Assembly (NCBI RefSeq): GCF_006345805.1
Contig: NC_043013.1
Span: forward strand, 40,486,001-40,550,000
Length of the DNA: 64,000 bases
Direction of reading: 5' to 3'
DNA from: Octopus sinensis
Lineage: Eukaryota
The position numbers and the translations under genes were made by a program. This document shows, one piece after another, positions 24,690 through 35,529 of this stretch. Each line of letters starts with the position of its first letter. Within the stretch, counting starts at the first letter, position 1. Below the pieces are notes generated by a model. It made no database searches. It saw nothing but the letters and a program-made list of their open reading frames with translations, and had not been told where the DNA came from.

Positions 24690-25745
24690 GTTTGTTTTCT
24701 TTATCATGAAGATGATAAAGATGTCTTGCAAACAACTTGCATATGCAAGTGCTACCAGTTAAAAGCTCCGTATACCGGAAACTAGCAAGTGTATGGGGTA
24801 ATCAGGAGAGAATGCACGCCGTTTTGGAGCCTACCTCTCGACGGCATCAATGCGCACCGGCTCACTGATATGAGGCCCCGCTTGCTAGATCAGCTGGTTA
24901 TGAAGTTAAACTCAATATACTTGTAGCCATCGCTCATTGTCTCTTTTTAACCAAATCCAGTGGCTAGCCTTCTCCACTGTAGATTGGATATCAGTCATGG
25001 TGGTATTGACTTTACGATGAGTTAGGCCTAGCGATCCAAATAAATCTTTTCCTATATCGTATATTGAGCTTGATAATTTACCCAGTTTCTCCACTGTAGA
25101 GCCTGTCATTTTAAAAAGAGCCCGACAAACCTTGTTTTCAAACTCTTTATATTTCACTTTCTCATTAGCAGCAAGCCACAAAACCCTCCGTTTCCTCTGA
25201 GTATTATCCGATGCACCAGTTTCATGACTTGTAGTTTCATCACGTGAAGAGGTCTCTGCTGTAGCATTTATCGATCCGCTGTGGTTTGAGTCCGGGGATG
25301 ATTTGCCACGTGTTTTACGATCTGATAATCCACACTGCTCTGTCCTCTTCTCACAAGTCTTTCCCTGATGTATCTTCAAGCCTCTCACAGTTGCAAAGGT
25401 TCTATAGCACAGCTTGCATCCAAAGTTGTTTGCATTTCGTTCGCTGTTCGAATGAATAATCGTATTCGTTTCCAAGGTCATTCCCGTGCTGACTGGGTTT
25501 GATTGATTCTCGACTCCCCCTTCTCGGTCAATCGTGGGGCTGTCATTTCCAGTTATTTCCGTTACAATATATTACAAAGGCGAGGATCGTAAGTCCGCAG
25601 CCTCCGCCAGTCTTTCCTGGTGTCGATAGTCTTTCCTATTGCCCGCTCGTCTTTCTCCCTTTAAGAAAGAAGAAATATACAAGACGAAAATGTTGATTTG
25701 CGTCGGTGACACTTCAAAGAGTCATCGCAGCTACCGCCGTTCGTC
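24690..25745 (-). mobile_element. HERO-like (RLE-clade non-LTR) internally deleted element
   Basis: Contains ORF 24912-25481 with HERO-type N- and C-terminal motifs but no RT or RLE domain; GC-richer UTR-like flanks; ends approximate. Confidence 0.65.
24912..25481 (-). CDS. 189-aa fusion ORF: HERO-type N-terminal zinc finger plus extreme C-terminus
   Basis: CKLCYRTFATVRGLKIHQGKTC (zinc finger), KRRVLWLAANEK...KL...IYDIG...FG (HERO N-terminal block), then SLGLT...IQSTVEKASHWIWLKR.N.RW (HERO C-terminal AE.AS.W.W.KR..W motif). Frame stays open about 30 codons upstream of the ATG. Confidence 0.65.
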   Translation of the reverse strand: MTLETNTIIHSNSERNANNFGCKLCYRTFATVRGLKIHQGKTCEKRTEQCGLSDRKTRGKSSPDSNHSGSINATAETSSRDETTSHETGASDNTQRKRRVLWLAANEKVKYKEFENKVCRALFKMTGSTVEKLGKLSSSIYDIGKDLFGSLGLTHRKVNTTMTDIQSTVEKASHWIWLKRDNERWLQVY

Positions 25746-25769
25746 CTTTTTTCTTACTTTCTCTCTTAA

Positions 25770-26142
25770 TCTTTATATATAAAAGTGAAGTTGTGTGCTG
25801 TCTGTCTCCTACGATTTAGATTCCTAACTACTCCCACATTTTGCGGTGCAGTTTAACCAAAACCGGGTATCTTATAGTCGTGATTCATATCGAGCCCTTC
25901 TGGGTATTAGCGCGCGTCTACGATGAGTCTACGATTTAAAAAAAAATTTACCATTAATTTTTCCCATTTTAATGCATTTTTTGGCATATATAAGGGAAGT
26001 AACTCTCTAAAAATTTATTATTAAATCTCAGAACCCCTTTGTGGTTAGCCATATTGAGATGGCTATTATACTTTACATCTCTAAAAGTGCTTATATAGTT
26101 ATTTCCCTTACAAACCTGAGCAACGCCGGGCGATACTGCTAG
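25770..26142 (+). mobile_element. Non-autonomous Helitron, family H1 copy 1
   Basis: A|TCTTTATATATAAAAGTG 5' end; GCAACGCCGGGCGATACTG hairpin and CTAG|T 3' end; near-identical to 31573-31970. Confidence 0.85.
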
Positions 26143-26339
26143 TCATTTATACAACTTTCGGAGTATCGTGAACAGAAAGACAGAAATTCTCCCTATATTT
26201 TTGGAATCGCGGGTACTTGATTTTTTTTTTCTTAAAGGGCAAAATTACTATTATTATTCAAAATAAAATATCAATCTTTATCATCTTAATCAAAAGGCAG
26301 GAAAGCAAACAGAGAGGCTATCTTTTTGCAGACGATGAT

Positions 26340-27429
26340 CAGTTGCAATGCGAGATGTTGAATCTCATAAGAATGGAAAGACAAAAAGCTGTACCTTATA
26401 ATGAAACTATTTTAAGAGTATTCGAATGTCACTGCAACATTGAAATCGTGGCCTTTGTGAGGTCAGTTAAGTATGTCATCAAGTACACGCTGAAAGGAAA
26501 TGACCAAGCTGCTGTTCAAATAAACAATGATAACGAAATTAGTCAGTATCTAATAGGTAGGTATATTGAACCATCCGAAGCAATTGCATCAATTTTAGGA
26601 TTTTCAATTCATGAAAGAGCACCTCCAATATTGAGACTGCAAGTTCATCTACCAGATGAACAAAGAATATTGCTCAGACATTATGAGGATATATGTGGAA
26701 GCACTCCGTCGGTTACGACGACGAGGGTTCCGGTTGATCCGAATCAACGGAACAGCCTGCTCGTGAAATTAACGTGTAAGTGGCTGAGCACTCCACAGAC
26801 ACGTGAACCCTTAACGTAGTTCTCGGGGATATTCAGCGTGACACAGAGAGTGACAAGGCCGGCCCTTCGAAATACAGGTACAACAGAAACAGGAAGTAAG
26901 AGTGAAAGAAAGTTGTGGTGAAAGAGTACAGCAGGGATCATCACCATCCCCTGCCGGAGCCTCGTGGAACTTTAGGTGTTTTCGCTCAATAAATACTCAC
27001 AACGCCCGGTCTGGGAATCGGAACCGCGAGTCCGCTGCTCTAACCACTGGGCCATTGCGCCTCCACATGAGGATATATATGGCTGTCAATGAACAACATA
27101 TGAGAACAATATTAACAGAATTCTTTTCATTGTGCATGAATGATGACTTTGCAAAAACATTACTTTATGCTTAAGTACCCATGTATTTCACTTGGAACAG
27201 CTGTAACAAAGAATGGTAAAGAAGAAAGCGGGGGAAAAGTTGAAGGCCATTTGAACGTTTACAAAGAAGAAATACTTGGTCGTGTTTATGTTGTCATATC
27301 AAAGGCAGGAGAACTGCATTATTTAAGAATTTTATTGCATGAAGTTCGAAATTGTATTTTCCCTTTGCCGCCGGGCATCGGCATTTTGAACTGGGGTGGT
27401 TGTGATCCAACGGGTCACGGGTACATCTA

Positions 27430-27430
<1 letters not shown>
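26340..27430 (+). pseudogene. Helitron RepHel fragment with its own 3' terminus, split by a SINE
   Basis: CHCNIEIVAFVRSVKYVIKYTLKGNDQA...EISQYLIGRYIEPSEA..ILGFSIHERAPPILRLQVHLPDEQ, resuming after the SINE as TILTEFFSLCMNDDFAKTLLYA*VPMYFTWN...ILGRVYVV...ELHYLRILLHEV; ends with GTGATCC-AAC-GGGTCAC hairpin and CTAG (27427-30). Confidence 0.85.
26695..27066 (-). mobile_element. SINE family C with 12-bp TSD
   Basis: ATGAGGATATAT at 26683-26694 and 27067-27078 flanks the reverse-oriented SINE. Confidence 0.9.
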
Positions 27431-27472
<42 letters not shown>

Positions 27473-27473
<1 letters not shown>

Positions 27474-28544
27474 TAGCAGAGTTACCCGGCGTTGCCCAAG
27501 TTACATACAATTGAAGAATTAGACTTTTCTGTTATATTTTCTCTAATGAACTGGAATACCTATGTTTTGAATTTCATCAAAATTGCAGATGAGGGTTAAT
27601 TCCCTCTTTACACACCCAAACAAAATTGTAATTGTGCCACATGTATCCCATACTACTGATTTTTATGCGCATATTCCAAAATTCCAGTTTTACTGAACCT
27701 GTTAAAAGGATTTTGCTCCTGAAAAATGGAGGTCATGGAGCTCTAAAATGTGAGAGTTAACGCCCCTACTGGGGGTGGGCATCTTAATGTCAACCAGAGA
27801 AGTTGAATTGTTGAGAATCTTTTTAACTTGGGTCTTATATCTATTGTTTGAATTTCTTTGAAATAAGAATTATATGTTCACTAGGTTTGTAAAAGAGAGA
27901 AAAGCTACAGGAAACCAAAAGACGAATGATCACAATAAGCAGTCAGCTACAGTACCCTAGTCGTTACCACTCCCAATGTAGGATTCTTCACCATCCAGGT
28001 GACAGGCACAGCCGTAAGATGCATTACGAATCTATAGCAATTGGAAGGGCGTGACCCAACTGAAATAAACATTAACAACTGGGTGACGTGAGGGCTAAGA
28101 GGAATGAAAGTTGGAGTTTGCAAACGACCACTATACTGATACGTAACTGGACAATAAATATACAATCTATAAATGTCTTTGAATAACCAGTCACTCATCT
28201 GGGAAGTCCTTGAAATGAATGTTACTATCTGGGGACTGTGTGACCCAATGATAATAAAAAGACTGAAAGGAGGTCTGCAATCAAATAACTTTACTCAACA
28301 CTTTGCAACTGAATCAGTGGAGGCAAAGATGCTTCTCATTTACTTGACAGTTTATGCAGCACATTGCAGAAATCACAATGTAAGTGTATGTCAAAGCAAA
28401 CTGTTACACTGTTGTACCATTGAATTACAAATAATGCTCAACTTTTATGCTCGGGTAACCCTACAGCTTCCAAGAGCACAACTGTATTAATTTTTGCTTA
28501 GATAAAATGAAAAATTGTGTGTTAAGTCTTTCTAACTTGTAAGA

Positions 28545-28547
<3 letters not shown>
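27473..28547 (-). mobile_element. Minus-strand Helitron-like element (3' end firm, 5' end tentative)
   Basis: Minus strand reads GGGCAACGCCGGGTAACTCTGCTAG|T ending at 27473; possible A|TC start near 28547 next to a (TA)n tract. Confidence 0.5.
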
Positions 28548-28588
<41 letters not shown>

Positions 28589-28642
28589 GACGGGCTCCTT
28601 CCGTCTACCAAATCCACTCACAAGCCTTTGATCGGCCGGATG

Positions 28643-29212
28643 TCATTTTATCGACCATGTTTGGCGAACCGCTAATTCATTTTGTCGATCATGTTCGGCA
28701 AACCGCTAGGTCATTTTATCAATCTTGTTTGGCGAATCGCTAAGTCATTTTATCGAACTCGTTTGGCGAACCGCTATCGATCATGTTTGGCGAAATGCTA
28801 AATCATTTTATCGATCTTATTTTTGGCAAACCGCTAAGTCATTTTATCGATCTCGTTTGGCGAACCGCTAAGCCATTTTATCGATCTCGTTTGGCGAACC
28901 TCTACGTCATTTTATCGATCTCGTTTGGCGAACCGCTAGGACAGTTTATCAATATCTTCTGGCGAACCGCTAAGTCATTTTATCGACCTCGTTTGCCGAG
29001 CCGCTAAGTCATTTTATCGATCTCGTTTGGTGAACCGCTAAGTCGATCATGTTTGTCGAAACGCTATGTCATTTTATCGACCATTCTTGGCGAACGGCTA
29101 AGTCATTTTTGGGATCTCCTTTAGCGAACCGTTAAGTCCTTTTATCGATCTCGTTTGTCGAACCGCTAAGTCAATTTATTGATCTCGTTTGGCGAACCGC
29201 TAAGTCATTTTA
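28643..29212. repeat. 34-bp minisatellite, about 16 units, SINE-derived
   Basis: Consensus TCATTTTATCGATCTCGTTTGGCGAACCGCTAAG matches the family A SINE segment TTATTCTATCGGTCTCTTTTGCCGAACCGCTAAG at 29 of 34 positions. Confidence 0.85.
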
Positions 29213-30429
29213 TATTAAGACATTGCGTTATTGCCTTTCGGCCTAGTGGCGACGCCACTCTCCTGAGCTTCAACATAATGCAATTTCTTCGGATAACTCA
29301 ATCTGGATATATTTCTCTGGGGACGGTATTTCCTGTTGCAAGGCTTTTTACACTTTCTATCATAATGGTGAAAATTAACGACTAGGTAGTCAAAATATCT
29401 ATATGAAAATGTCATCCATCAAAATCTAGTTAATCTATTCAACCTCAAAAATTATTAAAATACAGGTATGGTATTGTTTTCCATGGCTAATGCAGAAAAA
29501 TCAGAAATAATAACTGAAATAACGTTCTGTATTGCTAAAATATCTATAAAACTCAGAATATATAAAAATACAAATTTCTTCTCTTTCTGAACAGTATGCC
29601 GATGTTATTCTTCGAATACTTTCGTTGAAATTATTTCAAGAAATTAGAGTTACTTATAGATTCGAACTTTTTTTATAAACTTAAATGATTTGTTCAAACT
29701 GTGACCATAACATCATCTGGTAATTAGTCCTTCGTGACATCTCAAAACGAGGGGTGTGTATTGAAGGCTTAAATATAATATACATTTCTTGTCTTATTGA
29801 TGTTCATTCAAGTAACGTTTTCAAAATCTCACTTCAAACTGCAAACTTCAAGAATTCAGAAATTTTAAATCTTTTAAAGGAAGGTGTAGGCTTTGGTTAG
29901 TTCTGGCAATTCCGGTGAGAAAAGAAAATTGCGGTAGATTTCTCAGAGTTTGGCGCTGATAATGACATATCAACACACAAATATAATTAGGCTATAAACC
30001 TAATTATCATGTTGGTTTAATAATCTAATTAGGTTACTCTTCATATTTGGATTATTTTTTTTTAGTTTCTGGGGAAGCAAATCAGAGCACGATACCAACG
30101 TTTCAAATTTCTTTTAAACTGCACAACATAATAATCTGACCTTAAACAAGCATAAACGTAAATGTAATATAACATATATTAACTTCTCATGTTATCGAAT
30201 TTCACACGCAGATCTACGTTCCGACACAGAATGTTTTCGACTTCTTGAAGAATTATATGTCATTCAGAATAATAATTACAACGGGTACTTGTGTTCTTCA
30301 CATATCTAGGCCATTTAGCTCCCATCTTATCCTTGAAATTTAAACTGATAGTCGGTGCAAATTCCACCCTACCCCTATCTCAGAACGTCATAATATGTTA
30401 AAATTGATCTTACTCGGTGGTAATTTTAA

Positions 30430-30934
30430 TCCCCTCAGTCACTTTGTCCAATGTATTACTCTTTTACTCGTTTCAGCCATGCGGCTGTAGTCATGCTGGA
30501 GCATTGCCGTGTACTTTAAAAAATACGGAACGCTTCAAAAATTTGCGTGTCATCCTTGCGCAAGGATCATGCTAATCTTCTCTATCGTTCCGAATAAATT
30601 ACAGAAAAAAATATATAATTTTGTCACAGTCACCAATACATTGGACATCTCCAAAACGCATATATAACCAAGACCACGTGATTCTGACTCAGTGTTTGCT
30701 TACAAGTCATAAAGGATGACTACGTCTTCTCGTAAATCTCACAGATGTAAGTAAATTGGTATTTTTTTTTACCTAGTCTTAGAAAAATGTTTATTTATCC
30801 ATACCAAAAATTAAGCATATTGAATATTGAATTCTTTAAAAATTTACTCAATATGTATATATCTGTATTTTGGTATAAATAAAAAATATAAATATAAAAA
30901 ATAGTTTTACCCTTTTTATTTGTGACTGAAGGGG
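30430..30934. mobile_element. piggyBac-like MITE whose left TIR is split by a U6 chimera insertion
   Basis: TTAA + TCCCCTCAGTCAC ... GTGACTGAAGGGG + CTAA; the TIR match extends (CAGTCAC.AATA) only if 30443-30633 is removed. Confidence 0.7.
30518..30592 (-). pseudogene. U6: U6 snRNA retropseudogene, 5'-truncated (about U6 nt 33 to 3' end)
   Basis: Minus strand GGAACGATAGAGAAGATTAGCATGATCCTTGCGCAAGGATGACACGCAAATTTTTGAAGCGTTCCGTATTTTTT aligns with U6; the ACAGAGA box has a 2-nt deletion. Confidence 0.92.
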
Positions 30935-30974
30935 CTAAGCTGATTATCTCTCTCGTTCCTGTATAACTACTTCG

Positions 30975-31275
30975 GCGCGTGGCTTAGTGGTCCGGGTATT
31001 CAACTCACAATAGCAAGCGCGTGAGTTCGATTCTTGGCAGCGCGTTGTGTCCTTGAACAAGACACTTTATTTCACATTGCTCCTATCCACTCAGCTGGTA
31101 AAAATGAGCTGTACTTGTAATTTAAAGGCCAGCCTTGTCACATTCTGTGACGCGCTGAATCTCTCTAAGAACTACGGGAAGGGTACACGTGTCTATGGAG
31201 TGTTCAGCCACTTGCACGTTAATTTCACGAGCAGGCTCTTCAGTTGATCAGATCAACTGAAACAATAGTCGTCAT
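30975..31275 (+). mobile_element. SINE family C
   Basis: GGCGCGTGGCTTAGTGG...GTGAGTTCGATTC head with full body. Confidence 0.85.
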
Positions 31276-31572
31276 TAAAAAGAAAAAAACTTCGGCGAAA
31301 ATAATTTTACAACTTTTACTTAAATCTTTGATATACTCCGATATTAAAAGAATGTTTTATTTTAAAACATAATGTAAACCTACCGATTTATGTCAAAGAT
31401 GTTCAGTGAATCTAAACCAATTGTAATAAAATCCTAATTTTTTTATTGCCCGAATAATAGTTCTCTTACAAAAGCTATTTGTTCCTTTCACCACTTGTCA
31501 ACAGACTTTACGAGTCGTAATATTTCTTGTGGGGAGAATGTAAAAGTTGAAAAAGGGGCGAGCAAATTGACA

Positions 31573-31970
31573 TCTTTATATATAAAAGTGAAGTTGTGTG
31601 TCTGTCTCCTACAATTTAGATTCCTAACTACTCCCACATTTTGCGGTGCAGTGTAACCAAAAGCGGGTATCCTATAGTCGTGATTCATATCGATCCCTTC
31701 TGGGTATTAGCGCGCGTCTACGATGAGTCTACGATTAAAAAAAAAATTACCATCATTTTTTCCCATTTTTAATGCATTTTTTTTGCTATTATATAAGGGA
31801 AGTAACTCTCTAAAAATGTGTTATTAAATCTCAGAACGTAAAAAGCTACAGTAACACCCCCCCCCTTTGCGGTTAGCCATATTGAGATGGCTATTATACT
31901 TTACATCTCTAAAAATGCTTATATAGTTATTTCCCTTACAAATCCGAGCAACGCCGGGCGATACTGCTAG
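31573..31970 (+). mobile_element. Non-autonomous Helitron, family H1 copy 2
   Basis: A|TC start at 31573, hairpin and CTAG|T at 31967-31970; carries about 27 bp absent from copy 1. Confidence 0.85.
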
Positions 31971-32154
31971 TGTTCAATAAAATTAAGATGGTTTTAAACT
32001 TATTAAATTTTCCCATTACCATGGCAAACAAAGAAATATATGGATGCAAATCTATTTTATCTCCTCGTTAATAAAAAGGTAGTGGGTAGTCTCCAAAATT
32101 TCAGATTTTTCTGTTTTGGTGCACCGAAATAACTAACTGGTATTTATCAATTCT

Positions 32155-32397
32155 ACTCTTTACTCTCTTTTACTCATTTACTTGTTTCAGTCATTTTGAC
32201 TGCGGCCATGCTGGAGCACCGCCTTTAATCGAGCAACTCGACCCCGGGACTTATTCTTTGTAAGCCCAGTACTTATTCTATCGGTCTCTTTGCTGAACCG
32301 GTAAGTGACGGGGACATAAACACACCAGCATCGGCTGTCAAGCGATGTTGGGGGAACAAACACAGACATACAAACTCACACACACACACACACACAA

Positions 32398-32474
<77 letters not shown>

Positions 32475-32640
32475 TACGACGGGCTTCTTTCAGTTTCCGT
32501 CTACCAAATCCACTCACAAGGCTTTGGTCGGCCCGAGGCTATAGTAGAAGACAATTGCCCAAGATGCCACGCAGTGGGACTGAACCCGGAACCACGTGGT
32601 TGGTAAACAAGCTACTTACCACACAGCCACTCCTGCGCCT
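32155..32640 (-). mobile_element. SINE family A, full length with internal (CA)n(TA)n
   Basis: Reverse-complement head to tail. Confidence 0.9.
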
Positions 32641-33038
32641 GTAGAAGTATTACTTTAAAGGATCTCACCTCCTTTCTATTATTTTAAATGTATACTTACT
32701 GTAATGAAAAATTTTCTTATTTATCATTCGCTTATCCCTGATCTGATACAAGTACTTTTTCTTTTAGAAAGTGCCGAACTCATCTCTATTTCTGGAAATA
32801 TCATCGCTTACTCATTCAAACATTCAAATAGGAGAACCTCCTTCGTACCCACCGAGTCGAAACGATTCGGAGAGAGCTATGATATTTCTATAGCAGTACC
32901 TCCCATTATAATATATTCCCGAGAGAACTTGCGGTGCCAAAGATATATTATCTAAAATTAGCTCTTGAAAACAAAAGCAAGCATTTTGTGATGGGAGTTG
33001 CTAGATGCTTTACAGAATATAGGATTACAGTTGTCCAG

Positions 33039-33137
33039 GTGACACCCAACTCTGGTCATTATTTTCTGGTTGGCTTTCTGAACATAGTGACACCCAACTC
33101 TGGTCATTATTTTCTGGTTGGCTTTCTGAACATAGTG
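33039..33137. repeat. Perfect 48-bp tandem duplication
   Basis: GTGACACCCAACTCTGGTCATTATTTTCTGGTTGGCTTTCTGAACATA twice. Confidence 0.9.
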
Positions 33138-33528
33138 CGGATTATCTAGGGTGTCATGTACGTAATTTAAAATTATAATCGCTAGTAGAACTCATATAAC
33201 TTCTGGAGGCTTATAAAAATTACGCCCATGCAATATATATGAGGTGATTTCAATGAATAAAAAGAAAATATACCACATTATCTAACATAAGTTGCTTAAT
33301 GGTCCTGTAATATTTCAGGAAAAAGTCCCCATTTGAAATGGAGGAAAGAAAATAATCAGTGAGATTGGAGAAATGTTGTGCTATCAGCAGGCCATTCTGA
33401 TGTGCTGTGATATCGATAACAACACATTTCTTCGCATAAAGTATTAAATGTTTTGATGTAAAATAATCAAGGTTTGTGATACCATCAATGTTTTTTGTAA
33501 TCTTCTCTGATATGCCTCAATTTTCATA

Positions 33529-34472
33529 AGATTCCTGCCCCACTGAATTTGGATGATCATAACTTTCAGAAAAATGGATATTTTTTTATGAACTTTTCTA
33601 CGAATATGTATTCTATCATGTAGATTCCGAATATACAAAACTTTTGGGGGAAGTGTTTTAGGAAGGGTGGGGTATTTCGGAAAATTCACCGGCGTCCACT
33701 TCAAGTCGTCTTAACTTTCAAGAAAATAGATATTGTTTAATGAAATTTTCTACAAATATACCTCGGACTATGTAGATTCCGAGAACATAGAAATTTTTGG
33801 GGAAAGCAATTGGGGGTTACTTTTGAAGACCGTTCCCTGCTCAGGGGTGTTTTGGAACAAGTCGTCCATATTTGTTTCATTTTCTCCGTTTTGTGCGTTT
33901 GTGCATCCGTAGATTTCTACTGAAGCAACAGGCAATTAAGCTGTCACCAGAAAACTCGTTATGCTAAAAATACTAGCTAAAGGTGTATACGTTTCTAACA
34001 GAAAGACATTGAATAGAATAATGCCACGTTTGAACTTTTTAATTATATATATATGCGTGTGAGGACTAGAAATCTACGGATGCACAATCGCACAAAACGG
34101 AGAAAATGAAACAAATATGGACGACTTGTTCCAAAACACCCCTGAGTGGGGAACGGTCCTCAAAAGTAATCCCCAATTGTTCCCCCCCCCCCACCAAATT
34201 CCTATGTTCTCGGAATCTACATAGTCCGAAGTATATTTGTAGAAAATTTCATTAAAAAATATCTATTTTCTTGAAAGTTAAGACTGCTTGAAGTGGATGC
34301 CGGTGAATTTTCCGAAATTCCCCACCGCACACCCTCCTAAAACACTTTCCTCAAAAGTTTTGTATATTCGGAATCTACATTATATAACACATATTCGTAG
34401 AAAATTTCATTAAAAAATATCCATTTTTCTGAAAGTTATGATCATCCAAAGTCGGGAAGGGGGCAGGAATCT
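33529..34472. repeat. Foldback-type long inverted repeat (arms about 390 bp, spacer about 147 bp)
   Basis: 33529-33919 is the reverse complement of 34067-34472 at roughly 90% identity by eye; each arm holds two GTAGATTCCGA..AAA.TTTT.GGGG subrepeats. Confidence 0.9.
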
Positions 34473-35199
34473 GTAGTTATGCCGACTTAATTTGATATGG
34501 GAAGAATTGTAAAAAACAGCATTCAAAGTGATACCATGTAAAGGTAATCAATAGAAGGTTGATCTGGACCTCAGCTGTATATTGTTTCATTCTACTTTTT
34601 CGTCGATTTGATTACAGTATGTAGACCAGATTGAAGTTTTAACAGGTTACCTATTCGTTAATAACTTCCTTAATTTTAGAGCCGTCTGCAGAAAACATTT
34701 TGTTGTTTTTTATGACATTTGTGATGCCATTTATAAGAAATTATAAGATTTGTGACCGATACAATGACTTAAGTTTGCTTTGAGTTGATTCCGTCGATCA
34801 CATTTTGGGTTATGCAAATCAAGAGCTTTTGATCCTGTGCAGCAGTTTCCCCCGAACTCCAATGGTAGATAGCGTTTTTGAACGACAGAATGTTGTGATA
34901 GATTTTGCCAAAGGCTTTACTAAAATCAAAGTATCTGATGTTTATATTTAAACCGTATGCCAGAATACTTAAACTATGTCAAAATAGTGTGGAAATTAGC
35001 CGGTGTTTAGAAAATTGTTGTTCTTCATGCGGTGCCCAGCATGACCACAACTTGCAAACTAAAACAGGTAAAAGAATAAGTCAGTTATTCTTGAACTCGC
35101 AACTCTCTTTAATACTTTAAAGTTATGTCCAAGGATGACATGCTGGGTATTGTGTTCACTGATAACGCTTAAATTTGTATAAGCCTCTAGAAGTTATAT

Positions 35200-35480
35200 G
35201 AGTACTACTAGCGATTCAACTTCACTATAATTCCTGAAGTCAGAGCAGCATTTTAAACTTTGGCATCTCTATTACTTTCCTATCATTGAGGAGCATGCTG
35301 TGTTCCTTAATCAGAGAACTATGAGCCAATGAGTAGGACAATGTGGGGTTGTATTTGATTTTGTTAATAGCCCAGTATTTTTGTAAGGCTCTTGTATTAT
35401 TGATAGTATTTGCACAAAGGAAACTAATTTTCTTGAACCCTCGAGCGTTGTCATTGCTTATCGATTATGGCATCTGTTAC
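35200..35480 (-). pseudogene. Very degenerate mariner transposase relic
   Basis: Minus frame NDNARG...TRALQKYW....P.LSYSLA.S weakly recalls HDNARPH...HPPYSPDLAPS. Confidence 0.35.
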
Positions 35481-35529
35481 CGGTGGAGTTTTAGTAGACT
35501 AATTTTTAAAATTTAATCTATTGAGTTTC

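Noticed and set aside
29215-29415. Possible Tc1/mariner transposase fragment on the minus strand
   Set aside because: No catalytic or HTH motif could be aligned convincingly in any frame.
30975-31040. tRNA-like heads of SINE families A-C as real tRNA genes
   Set aside because: A and B boxes are present but there is no complete cloverleaf, and each continues into a repeated SINE body.
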